From: Saprospiraceae bacterium
GTDB taxonomy: Bacteria > Bacteroidota > Bacteroidia > Chitinophagales > Saprospiraceae
Reading direction: 5' to 3'
DNA length: 64,000 nucleotides
NCBI GenBank assembly: GCA_016787525.1
Contig: JAEUUP010000027.1
Span: 3,058 to 67,057 of the forward strand
A program made the position numbers and the translations under genes. Shown piece after piece: positions 10,743 to 19,959 of the stretch (its first letter is position 1; each line of letters begins with the position of its first letter). The notes beneath the pieces are model-generated. The model was not told the DNA's origin. It ran no database searches and saw nothing but the letters and a program-made list of their open reading frames with translations.

Positions 10743-11081
10743 TTACTTCAATATTTTAGATTTCCCTTCCAATTCATCCACATACTGAACATCGCCCAGC
10801 CGAAATTTAAGCGGTAGTTTCTTATTCAAACCTATTTTGTATTCAATTTTGCAGAAAAAAGGGAGCGTTTCTACAGAAAAAACAGAAGGCACTTTTTGAG
10901 GTTTTTCACTCATATTTTGGGATGTCCCCGAGTTTTGCTGAGTTAGAATCGTTTTTCCCTTTTTTTTCAAGGCAGAATACTGAGGGGGTAGTTTTATTTG
11001 TTCGACAGACAACCCTACTGACTGCGCTTTGCCATATGCACAACCTAAACTGAGGACAAGTGAAAAAATGATTGAACGCAT
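10743..11081 (-). CDS. Small secreted hypothetical protein
   Basis: 112-aa ORF with an N-terminal signal peptide, immediately upstream of and co-oriented with the cytochrome gene. Confidence 0.35.
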   Translation of the reverse strand: MRSIIFSLVLSLGCAYGKAQSVGLSVEQIKLPPQYSALKKKGKTILTQQNSGTSQNMSEKPQKVPSVFSVETLPFFCKIEYKIGLNKKLPLKFRLGDVQYVDELEGKSKILK

Positions 11082-11164
11082 TTTTTTATAAATTTAGTGA
11101 GCCATTTTTGAGTCTAATTCCTCAAAAATGGCTCATTGGATTATTATTTTTCACAGAATCAACA

Positions 11165-12070
11165 CTAATTCGGTTCTTTTTTAAGCTTTTCTTGTATGTC
11201 TAATACAAACGCTTCCGTCACATGTGCAACTTTTGCTATGCTGTTAATCGGTAACAGACCTTCTTTGAGCAGTTCCTTGATAATTTCAATTTTACCTTCA
11301 ATTATGCCTTCAATTTTACCCTCAGTCTTGCTCTTAACGATTAACTTTTGTGTTTCTTCTTTTTCGCGTTCTATTTCAGCTTGATTCACGAGCCAATATT
11401 GATAAGCTCGATACCTATCGGGTGACAAAGTACGAATATCAAGCTCACCTATCGGAATTTTGAGCCAATCTTCTTCCCAAAATGCGGGTTTTTCTGCAAT
11501 TTCTGCCATGATATGTGCATTTTTGATAGTGAAAATTAATTTTTCTAAGTCCGACTTCACTTTATCAGCACTTAAACTAAACTTTTCTAACTCTACTGTG
11601 ACGTATTGTATGGTACTTGGATACGCTACACCATCTTGATTTTTCAACGAAATAATGTTGTGGTAGCTTTCTACTTCATGAATATTCGTCCCTAAGATGG
11701 CGATGCAGTAGATTTTCTCTTTGATATTGAAGTCAAATTTACCTTTTCTCACCAAAGTATCAAAACTTTGAAACGCATAAAATTGCATTCGGTTCAAAAA
11801 ATACTCTTTGGCTATGCCTTGCATTTCGACAATAAATGTGTTACCTATCTCGTCGGTACACAGTACATCGAAAATGCCACTGCGGCTGTCTTTGATAAGA
11901 CCATCAAACGTATTTTTCAAAAAAGTTATTTCTTCAATTTTATGAGGCAATTTGAGCAAGGCTTGTAAAGCTCGTTTTAAAAAAACTGTATTTTTTTCAT
12001 TGCCAAAAGTGACTTTAAAGCCATAATCGGATGTAAAAGGTATGAAATTCAGTTTTCCCAATTCGTTCAT
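11165..12070 (-). CDS. Rpn/YhgA-like PD-(D/E)XK nuclease family 'putative transposase'
   Basis: 301 aa. N-terminal ...DYGFKVTFG...FLKRALQALL...DVLCTDEIGNTFIVEMQ... matches the conserved PD-(D/E)XK core of the Rpn family common in Bacteroidota, followed by a coiled-coil C-terminus. Confidence 0.65.
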   Translation of the reverse strand: MNELGKLNFIPFTSDYGFKVTFGNEKNTVFLKRALQALLKLPHKIEEITFLKNTFDGLIKDSRSGIFDVLCTDEIGNTFIVEMQGIAKEYFLNRMQFYAFQSFDTLVRKGKFDFNIKEKIYCIAILGTNIHEVESYHNIISLKNQDGVAYPSTIQYVTVELEKFSLSADKVKSDLEKLIFTIKNAHIMAEIAEKPAFWEEDWLKIPIGELDIRTLSPDRYRAYQYWLVNQAEIEREKEETQKLIVKSKTEGKIEGIIEGKIEIIKELLKEGLLPINSIAKVAHVTEAFVLDIQEKLKKEPN

Positions 12071-12159
12071 AGTCGTTCGTTTTCTTTTGTATGTTTAAGG
12101 ATAGAAGTTTTTTTAGGTGCAGATTTACGGAACTTTTGAAAATTCCGTAAATCTGTATA

Positions 12160-13284
12160 TCAATACATTTCGAACTTTAGAAACCGACATTCTAACGCAC
12201 CGTTGTACAGGTGAATCTTGCGACGTGGACGTAAACCAATGAATTTGGCGGCTTCTAAATTACCCGATAAGACCCAAACAGTCCAACCTTTCCAATTTTT
12301 CTTCAAGGCATCGCCTATTTTTTTATGAAAATCAATGGCATCCTCCAATTGCAAACGCTCATCGTAAGGCGGATTTATAATCATAAGCCCCCCCTCAGTA
12401 TTTGCGGGAGCAGAGCGGGTAAAAAAGTCTGCCTTTTCCAATTTTATTTTCCGATTGAATCCAATAGCTTCGATATTGCGCTGTGCAGCACTCAAGGAAC
12501 GTCCACTAAAATCCGACCCCATAATCCGAGGTTTAAAATCTAAAACACGGTGGCTATCACTCTCGTCAACGACCTGTTCCCACAATGTTTTATCAAAATC
12601 TAACCAATTTTTACAACAAAAATAACTGCGCCGATACTGAGGGGGTATCCGATGCGCTATCAGAGCAGCTTCTGTCAACAGCGTACCAGAGCCACAAAAA
12701 GCATCAAAGAAACCTGTTTCGCCCGACCAATCTGCCAGTTTTATCATACCTGCTGCCAGCACTTCGTTCAAAGGTGCGGCGACGGTATCCTGACGATACC
12801 CACGCTTGTGTAACGACTCGCCCGAAGCATCCAACGAAATGGAAAACTCATCTTCGTGTACATGTACATTGATTTGAATATCGGGTCGCTCAACGTCCAC
12901 ACTTGGGCGGCGGTTCATTTTGTCGCGGAATTGGTCGGCGATAGCATCTTTTGTCTTCAACCCGACATAATGGGAGTGTGTGAAGACTTTGGAGCGTGCA
13001 ATGGCATCAATGGCAAAAGTATGGCGCAAGTCCATCAATCGCCACCATTCTATTTCGCGTACTTTTTTGTAAAAAGCATCTAAATTATTGGCTCGAAAGG
13101 TGTGAATCGGCTTTAAAATGCGCAAAGCAGTTCGCAATTCAAGATTCGAGCGATACAAAAGGCGTTGGTCGCCTTCGTAGATAACGCCTCGTTTGGTTGG
13201 TTCAATTTCAGTACCGCCCAAACTTTCAATTTCTTTTGCCAGCACTTCTTCAAGTCCAGCAAATGTTTTCGCAATTAATTTCAC
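12160..13284 (-). CDS. THUMP-domain class I SAM-dependent RNA methyltransferase (RlmL-N-terminal-like, COG0116)
   Basis: 374 aa. THUMP region, DAFCGSGT SAM-binding motif and NPPY catalytic motif (IINPPYDERL). Confidence 0.7.
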   Translation of the reverse strand: MKLIAKTFAGLEEVLAKEIESLGGTEIEPTKRGVIYEGDQRLLYRSNLELRTALRILKPIHTFRANNLDAFYKKVREIEWWRLMDLRHTFAIDAIARSKVFTHSHYVGLKTKDAIADQFRDKMNRRPSVDVERPDIQINVHVHEDEFSISLDASGESLHKRGYRQDTVAAPLNEVLAAGMIKLADWSGETGFFDAFCGSGTLLTEAALIAHRIPPQYRRSYFCCKNWLDFDKTLWEQVVDESDSHRVLDFKPRIMGSDFSGRSLSAAQRNIEAIGFNRKIKLEKADFFTRSAPANTEGGLMIINPPYDERLQLEDAIDFHKKIGDALKKNWKGWTVWVLSGNLEAAKFIGLRPRRKIHLYNGALECRFLKFEMY

Positions 13285-13299
13285 GTATTTTTTTTGTTC

Positions 13300-13761
13300 T
13301 TAAATGACAAAATCGGGATTGTACCAACCATAATAATTGCAAACAGCACTATCCAACTCAAAACCCGTGCGTGGATAGAGTTTGTTGCCAATTTCGTTGG
13401 TGATGTCGGTTTGCAAAACCACGCCAACTGCGCCTGTTTTGCGTGCCATGTCTTTCACATGTTCAATCAGAGCGATAGAAAAGCCTTTGCCTCGTGCTTC
13501 TGGCGATACAAAAAGGTCGTTCAATAACCACAAACGCCCCAAACGAATGGAACTATAAGTCGGATATAACTGCGTGAAACCAACAGCTTGCCCCCCCTCA
13601 GTATAGATGAGGTAAACGATGCTTTCTTGTTTCAAGATGCGCTCAGTCAGAAACTGTCGTGTTTTCAACTCATTGGCGGGTTTCTTGTACCACACACGGT
13701 AGGCTTCAAAAAGAGGAACAAGTTCGTCGAGGTGATTCAGTGTCGCTTGAATTATTTTCAT
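13300..13761 (-). CDS. GNAT family N-acetyltransferase
   Basis: 153 aa. The motif A-like segment ...VSPEARGKGFSIALIEH... resembles an acetyl-CoA binding loop. Confidence 0.7.
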   Translation of the reverse strand: MKIIQATLNHLDELVPLFEAYRVWYKKPANELKTRQFLTERILKQESIVYLIYTEGGQAVGFTQLYPTYSSIRLGRLWLLNDLFVSPEARGKGFSIALIEHVKDMARKTGAVGVVLQTDITNEIGNKLYPRTGFELDSAVCNYYGWYNPDFVI

Positions 13762-13970
13762 TTCAATAGTTTGATTTTCAATACATTATTCTAAAGCACA
13801 TTTGCCAGCATAACCTAAAACGATAAGCCAAACAATGCCTTTACCAAGAAAAAAAAGGAAGCCACCGATACCGATACGTTTGAACCAAAGTTTCGTTTTT
13901 TCATTCATTGTTTCAAAATTTTCGCAAAGAAACAACGAACTCCCCTTTAAGTTGGCTTTTCTATTAAATT

Positions 13971-14660
13971 TTAGACCGAAAATGCTGTCAAATATTTGTC
14001 AATATACACTTGTTTGGATTTTAGTTTGTACTGCATGATGAATCGAGGGTGTTCTAAAGCCACAATTTTTTTGAAAAAGCCCATTTTATCGTTTAATTTT
14101 TTCAAAAATTGCTCGTTTTTACCCGTTCCAAAACAAAAACAAATGTCTGTATGCACACCCATCGAAATTTGGGTTTCAATATTCCAAACCATAAAATCAT
14201 AGACAGCAGCAGTCAGTTCTCGACTGTCGTAGTAGTTGTAGTTCACCTCTTTTCCACCCTCTTTCAAGGCAGTAAACCCAAGCGGACAGACCGAATTGAT
14301 ATAAAAATGGCTGTAAAAAGCGGCAGCACCGCCATAAGCTGCAATCATGTCATAGACGTAAACCGAGGAAGGCTCGTAGGTATCCTTGCCTGTGTAGGGC
14401 AAGCCGCATTCATTTTTCAAACGATGCGAATCTGTGAATGGCACACCCGTCACACCTGCTCCAAAACGACCAGGATTGATGCCCAAAATCAGATGTCGAG
14501 GCTCATTGTCGTCATAGAATTTCTTATAAAAAGCAGAAGAAATGGTCAAAATATCAGGATTTTCCTTGAAAGGGTTCATAATTCTGATGCCTTCAGGCAA
14601 TGACCCTGTGAATGCTACACGCTCATTGAAAGCAATGATTTTATCTGCGAAAGTTGTCAT
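13971..14660 (-). CDS. Uracil-DNA glycosylase superfamily protein
   Basis: 229 aa. Motif A-like GINPGRFGAGVTGVPFTD and a C-terminal HP(R) motif B-like ...ALEHPRF... Confidence 0.45.
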   Translation of the reverse strand: MTTFADKIIAFNERVAFTGSLPEGIRIMNPFKENPDILTISSAFYKKFYDDNEPRHLILGINPGRFGAGVTGVPFTDSHRLKNECGLPYTGKDTYEPSSVYVYDMIAAYGGAAAFYSHFYINSVCPLGFTALKEGGKEVNYNYYDSRELTAAVYDFMVWNIETQISMGVHTDICFCFGTGKNEQFLKKLNDKMGFFKKIVALEHPRFIMQYKLKSKQVYIDKYLTAFSV

Positions 14661-14794
14661 TTTATTATTTTTAAGGCTGTAAAACTATTTCAAAGCCTTG
14701 TATTTTTCGGCATACTGAGGGGTCAAAATTTTGTTATTGAAAAAGGCTTTTCTACATTTGGGTTTTTATTTTTAAGCATTGACACAGTAATTTT

Positions 14795-15286
14795 ATGATT
14801 ATTTCAGCTATTGTAGCCACTGCCAAAAACGGTGTCATCGGCAAAGACAATGAAATTCCTTGGTATTTGCCCGCCGATTTTGCCTATTTCAAACGAACGA
14901 CTTTGAATCACCACATCATCATGGGGCGCAACTGCTTTGAAAGCATCGGACGACCTTTGCCTAAGCGCACCAATATTGTGATTACACGCAATCCGTTCTA
15001 TATCGCTTCAGGTTGCTTGATGGTTCACTCGATTACTGAGGGGGTGAAAATGGCGAAAAAAAATGGCGAAACGGAGGCTTTTATCATCGGTGGCGGCGAA
15101 ATTTATGCTCAATCTATTGACCTTTGGGATAAATTGTATTTGACAGAAGTGGATTTGGATACTGAGGGGGATGTTTTTTTCCCAGAATTGGATATGTCAG
15201 AATGGCGTTTGGTGTCGGAGGAATACCATACGAAAGATGAGAAAAACGAATACGATTATTGTTTTAAGGTTTATGAACGGATTTGA
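14795..15286 (+). CDS. folA: Dihydrofolate reductase
   Basis: 163 aa. MIISAIVATAKNGVIGKDNEIPWYLPADFAYFKRTT... is a canonical DHFR N-terminus. Confidence 0.85.
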   Translation: MIISAIVATAKNGVIGKDNEIPWYLPADFAYFKRTTLNHHIIMGRNCFESIGRPLPKRTNIVITRNPFYIASGCLMVHSITEGVKMAKKNGETEAFIIGGGEIYAQSIDLWDKLYLTEVDLDTEGDVFFPELDMSEWRLVSEEYHTKDEKNEYDYCFKVYERI

Positions 15287-15379
15287 ACTTGAATCTAAAG
15301 ATTTACGAATTGATAGTTTGTAAATTCTATAAAAAATAGATAAGCTCTGCTTGTCATAAGTAACGCGCTAAGAATAAAC

Positions 15380-15575
15380 GACACCATTACACACTGTTTT
15401 TTCGCTCCGAAGGAGTCCCTGTGGACAAGCGAAAAAAATGTGCTTTTAAAATATTTCTTTCGGATTGAAGCTAAAAATTGAGGCAAAAGCCTCAATTTTT
15501 AGCTTCAATCCATAAAAAAACTTTTTGCACGCCTTTAGTGCGTAGCACGAAACAGTGAGTGATGGTGTCGTTTGT
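15380..15575. mobile_element. MITE-like element with ~21-bp terminal inverted repeats containing the REP-like core and a 21-bp perfect hairpin
   Basis: Terminal IRs: CGACACCATTACACACTGTTT (15380) and its near-complement AAACAGTGAGTGATGGTGTCG (15555). Core CTGTTTTTTCGCTCCGAAGGAGTCCCTGTGGACAAGCGAAAAAAA at 15395-15440. Perfect palindrome GGATTGAAGCTAAAAATTGAGG-caaaag-CCTCAATTTTTAGCTTCAATCC at 15462-15511. Lies directly 3' of folA. Confidence 0.55.
15462..15511. terminator. Perfect 22-bp-stem hairpin; probable bidirectional terminator downstream of folA
   Basis: GGATTGAAGCTAAAAATTGAGG caaaag CCTCAATTTTTAGCTTCAATCC, followed by an A/T run. Confidence 0.5.
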
Positions 15576-15625
15576 TTTTTTTGTCGTTACTAAATCTTTG
15601 TACTTAGAATTTAAAAACATACGCT

Positions 15626-16921
15626 ATGCGAGAAGACTTTTTACATTTCCTTTGGCGGACACGCCGATTCGACCTGTCAAATTTGACCACAACCGATGGG
15701 CAAACACTCGAAATCTTAGACTTTGGAGATTATAATGCCTTGGATGCGGGTGCAGATTTTCAGAATGTGAAAATCAAAATAGGCGATATTATTTGGTGTG
15801 GTACGGTCGAGATGCACGTCAAATCGTCGGATTGGTGGCAGCATGGGCATCAAAAAAACGCTGCTTATAATAATGTGATTTTGCATGTGGTTTATGAAGA
15901 AGATGAGCCGATTGAGCAAAATACTGAGGGGGGGCATTTGCCATGTTTAGTGTTAAAAAATCGCATTCCTGAAGGTATTTTTCAAAAATATTGGTCAATT
16001 CTGCACAATGAACATTGGATTCCTTGTCAGCACCATTTTTACACAGTTTCTGAAATAACAAAAGATATGTGGCTCGAAAGGCTTTTAGTTGAGCGTTTGG
16101 AGCGTAAAACAGAAGCGATTGCGGTGGCATTTGAGCGCAACAAAGGCGATTGGGAAGAGACATTTTGGCAATTCATCGCCCGCTATTTTGGCTCAAAAGT
16201 GAATAGTGACCCAATGGAAATGATGGCTCAGCGTGTACCGCATTTGGTGTTGGCAAAACATAAAAATCAGTTGTTCCAGATTGAAGCCTTGTTGTTTGGG
16301 CAAGCGGGTTTGTTGGCAGATAATTTCGTGGATGAATATCCACAAAAATTGCAGAAAGAGTACCAGTTTTTACAAAAAAAACACAGCCTCTCAGCCCCCC
16401 TCAGTAAAACAACTTGGAAATTCTCGCGTATGCGTCCGCAAAGTTTTCCGACTATCCGTTTGGCACAGTTAGCCGCTTTGATTCATCGCAGCAGTCATTT
16501 GTTCTCGAAAGTGATTGATAATATGTCTATTATAGATTTGAAAAAACTATTTGAAATAGAAACGAGTGACTATTGGCACACACATTTTGTGTTTGATACC
16601 CCCTCAGTAAAATCCTCAAAATCGGTGCATAAATTGGGGTCAGAGACAATTGACTTGCTGCTGATAAATGTGGTCGCGCCATTTTTATTTTTTTATGGTA
16701 CATCGCGAAAAGATGACATCATGAAAGAACGTGCATTGATATTATTAGACAACTTGAAGGCAGAAAAAAACGTTGTTATGGATGGGTGGAAATCATTAGG
16801 ATTAGATACAAAAAGTGCTGCTCGTTCTCAAGCCCTTATTCAACTGAAAACAACTTACTGTGAAACCAAAAACTGTGTAAATTGTGCCGTGGGTGTCGCT
16901 ATTTTGAAAAATATGACATAA
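15626..16921 (+). CDS. Conserved hypothetical protein (DUF2851-like, Bacteroidota)
   Basis: 431-aa ORF with protein-like composition. The product is unknown; the DUF assignment is from memory only. Confidence 0.45.
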   Translation: MREDFLHFLWRTRRFDLSNLTTTDGQTLEILDFGDYNALDAGADFQNVKIKIGDIIWCGTVEMHVKSSDWWQHGHQKNAAYNNVILHVVYEEDEPIEQNTEGGHLPCLVLKNRIPEGIFQKYWSILHNEHWIPCQHHFYTVSEITKDMWLERLLVERLERKTEAIAVAFERNKGDWEETFWQFIARYFGSKVNSDPMEMMAQRVPHLVLAKHKNQLFQIEALLFGQAGLLADNFVDEYPQKLQKEYQFLQKKHSLSAPLSKTTWKFSRMRPQSFPTIRLAQLAALIHRSSHLFSKVIDNMSIIDLKKLFEIETSDYWHTHFVFDTPSVKSSKSVHKLGSETIDLLLINVVAPFLFFYGTSRKDDIMKERALILLDNLKAEKNVVMDGWKSLGLDTKSAARSQALIQLKTTYCETKNCVNCAVGVAILKNMT

Positions 16922-17021
16922 AAAAGACACAGTCAAAGTGAATTATTTATGCTTCTTAATTTTTTTATATAATTTTGAAGCAGATTCGCAATTACTTTTT
17001 AATATTTTAAAGACACACGAT

Positions 17022-18233
17022 ATGAAGCAATTATTCACTCTCCTAGCATTCGTAACATTCATGTCAACTTTGGCAGTATCTCAAATAACAATTTATCGAG
17101 CTGACTACACGGTTTCGGGTGTTGTAAGCGACAATTCCATATATCGAGACATTGGCACCATAGGGTTAAATATACCCCAGAGAGGTGCAGGGCGTATTTA
17201 TGATTACACATCTATAAAAGATACTATCACCACCACTAATCAGGTCAATACGCCTGCTGCTGCTGCTTCGTTGCCCGCTCTTTTTAAAGATGCAACTTTT
17301 TTATTCAGACCAAGACCTACATTTGGACCATACTCAATGATTGATTCTCAGTTTTTAAAGCTTGATACAACAGGTTATTATCTTTTAGGATATTCGAGAG
17401 CTTCAACCCAAGTGAGCATTTCAGCACAGACGGGAAGTACGGGAGATAGTTTAGAGTTTTTGCCACGAACCAAACGGTTTACAAACCCTCCTTTTTTAAT
17501 AAAATTTCCAATGATGTCAACAACTGTATCTAAAATTTTGACCATTGATACTGTTCCATACAAGATAAAGTGGGTTTCAGCAGGCTATCCGACGGCTACC
17601 CCAGCAACTCATGTGCGCAGGTTAGAATATACAACAGAAGTGATTGGATGGGGGACTTTGCGCATGAGAAGTTCTATTGTTGGTAATCCTAATTTGGAAT
17701 TTGGGGTGCTTTTTGAGCGTTATGCGGAGCTGCGTTTAGATAGCTTTTTCATCAATAATACACCTATGCCAAAGCGGATTTTAGATTCATTTCGTTTAGT
17801 TCAGGCAGCTAAAGATACAGCGATAACATATAATTTGAGAGGTATTGGCTTTAAAAGAGGAATTTTACAGTTTCGTATGAGTAAAGAAGAAGCTTTTATC
17901 ACGGGAGCTAATCGCGTAATTGAACCTTCGATGAATTTGCTATCTGATACAAAAGATTTGGTGAGCAATGACGTTGTTTTAACTATTTTTCCGAACCCAA
18001 TTACTGAGGGGGTCAATTTAGAGTTTGAAAAAAAATCGAACGAAGATTGGCAAGCAGTCATTTTCAATGAAGTGGGTCAAATCATTGATATTCAAACAAT
18101 TACATCAAGTCAAGGTAAGGTAGTTCATAGTGTAGCATTAAATAAATCATTGCCCACTGGCACTTATTTTGTCAATATTTTAGATGAGAGAAGTTTGATT
18201 CGATCAAAAGGAAAATTTGTAAAAGTCAATTGA
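17022..18233 (+). CDS. Secreted protein with C-terminal T9SS sorting domain
   Basis: Signal peptide MKQLFTLLAFVTFMSTLAVSQ. The C-terminal ~80 aa (VVLTIFPNPITEGVNLEF...TGTYFVNILDE...KFVKVN) resembles Por_Secre_tail. Confidence 0.55.
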   Translation: MKQLFTLLAFVTFMSTLAVSQITIYRADYTVSGVVSDNSIYRDIGTIGLNIPQRGAGRIYDYTSIKDTITTTNQVNTPAAAASLPALFKDATFLFRPRPTFGPYSMIDSQFLKLDTTGYYLLGYSRASTQVSISAQTGSTGDSLEFLPRTKRFTNPPFLIKFPMMSTTVSKILTIDTVPYKIKWVSAGYPTATPATHVRRLEYTTEVIGWGTLRMRSSIVGNPNLEFGVLFERYAELRLDSFFINNTPMPKRILDSFRLVQAAKDTAITYNLRGIGFKRGILQFRMSKEEAFITGANRVIEPSMNLLSDTKDLVSNDVVLTIFPNPITEGVNLEFEKKSNEDWQAVIFNEVGQIIDIQTITSSQGKVVHSVALNKSLPTGTYFVNILDERSLIRSKGKFVKVN

Positions 18234-18388
18234 TAAATTCTTGTCAAGAAAAAACAAAAGGTTGGTAGTGTGCAGATACGCGCTACCAAGCTTTTAAATT
18301 ATAAATCAATGTTTTACAATTTAAAGAAAATAAATTTTATAAAAAATTGTAAACAAAACACCTAAAGACCAAATGCCGTTCACTACCT

Positions 18389-19870
18389 TTGCACATGGAA
18401 ACGGTAAAAACAGTCTCAGACAAATTTCTCGGGGAAGCCCTTACTTACGACGACGTTCTGCTCGTCCCTGCTTATTCTCAAGTCCTGCCACGCGAAGTTG
18501 ATATTTCAACAAAACTGACTCGCGAAATCACTTTAAATGCGCCTTTAGTCTCTGCTGCTATGGACACTGTCACTGAAAAACAGTTGGCAATCGCTATTGC
18601 ACGACAAGGTGGCATTGGCATCATCCACAAAAACATGACGATTGAACAGCAAGCCGAACAGGTGCGCGCTGTCAAACGCTCCGAAAGTGGGATGATTATT
18701 GACCCCGTGACACTTGCGCCTTCGTCGAAAGTCAGCGACGCTCATGCTTTGATGCGTCAGCACAGCATCGGCGGCATTCCTGTTACTGAGGGGGGTAAGT
18801 TGATTGGTATTTTGACCAATCGCGATTTGCGTTTTGAGAAAAATGGCAACCGCCTTGTGAGCGAATTGATGACTGCTAACAATCTCATCACAGCACCCAA
18901 AGGCACGAATCTCGAACAAGCTAAAGAAATCTTGCAGCGCAACAAAATCGAAAAACTGCCTGTTGTGGATGATTATGGCAATTTGGTCGGGCTTATCACC
19001 TACAAAGACATTATGAAAGTGCAGGATTACCCTCATTCTTGTAAAGATTCGTTGGGTCGTTTGGTGGTTGGTGCGGCATTGGGTGTCACACGCGATTTGT
19101 TCGACCGTGTGGATGCACTTGTCGCAGTAGGCGTTGATGTAGTGATTGTGGATACGGCACATGGGCACTCAGAAGGTGTACTTTGGGCGGTAAAACAGGT
19201 CAAAGAACGCCATAAAAACCTGCAAGTTATCGGTGGTAATGTGGCAACTGCCGAAGGAGCAAAAGCTCTTGCGGATGCAGGTGCAGATGCTGTGAAAGTG
19301 GGTGTTGGACCCGGTTCAATTTGCACGACTCGTATTGTGGCAGGCGTGGGTGTGCCGCAATTGACGGCGGTTTACAATGCTGCTCAAGGACTGAGGGGTA
19401 CGGATGTGCCAATCATCGCGGATGGTGGTGTGCGTTATACAGGTGATATTCCGAAAGCCATAGCTGCAGGTGCAGCAACGGTGATGGCGGGTTCACTATT
19501 TGCAGGTGTGGATGAATCACCCGGTGAGACGATTATCCTTGATGGTCGGAAATTTAAAGTATATCGTGGTATGGGTTCGTTGGGCGCGATGCAGCAAGGC
19601 TCAAAAGACCGCTACTTCCAAGATGTGGAAGAAGATATTAAGAAACTTGTACCCGAAGGTATCGAAGGGCGGATTCCGTTCAAAGGTACTTTGGCAGAAG
19701 TGATGGTGCAATATATTGGCGGCTTACGAGCAAGTATGGGCTACTGTGGCGCAAGAACAATTAGTGATATGCAGAACGCAAGGTTTGTGAGAATAACAGG
19801 AGCAGGTATAGTCGAAAGTCACCCGCACAATATTACGATTACGAAAGAGTCGCCGAATTACTCTAGATAA
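18389..19870 (+). CDS. guaB: IMP dehydrogenase
   Basis: 493 aa. N-terminal ...[10 protein letters not shown]..., tandem CBS domains, active-site loop [11 protein letters not shown], and C-terminal GG(L/I)RASMGYCG. Confidence 0.9.
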   Translation: MHMETVKTVSDKFLGEALTYDDVLLVPAYSQVLPREVDISTKLTREITLNAPLVSAAMDTVTEKQLAIAIARQGGIGIIHKNMTIEQQAEQVRAVKRSESGMIIDPVTLAPSSKVSDAHALMRQHSIGGIPVTEGGKLIGILTNRDLRFEKNGNRLVSELMTANNLITAPKGTNLEQAKEILQRNKIEKLPVVDDYGNLVGLITYKDIMKVQDYPHSCKDSLGRLVVGAALGVTRDLFDRVDALVAVGVDVVIVDTAHGHSEGVLWAVKQVKERHKNLQVIGGNVATAEGAKALADAGADAVKVGVGPGSICTTRIVAGVGVPQLTAVYNAAQGLRGTDVPIIADGGVRYTGDIPKAIAAGAATVMAGSLFAGVDESPGETIILDGRKFKVYRGMGSLGAMQQGSKDRYFQDVEEDIKKLVPEGIEGRIPFKGTLAEVMVQYIGGLRASMGYCGARTISDMQNARFVRITGAGIVESHPHNITITKESPNYSR

Positions 19871-19959
19871 CTAAGAATAAAGACATTAAGTACAAAGACA
19901 AAAACTCTTTACTGAGGGGGTCTAATAATCTTTGTACTTAATGTCTTTTGACTTAACTA

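Noticed and set aside
11165-12070. Calling the Rpn-like 'transposase' an active mobile element
   Set aside because: I can see no terminal inverted repeats or target-site duplication around it. The Rpn/YhgA family are usually stand-alone nucleases, so I annotated it as a CDS only.
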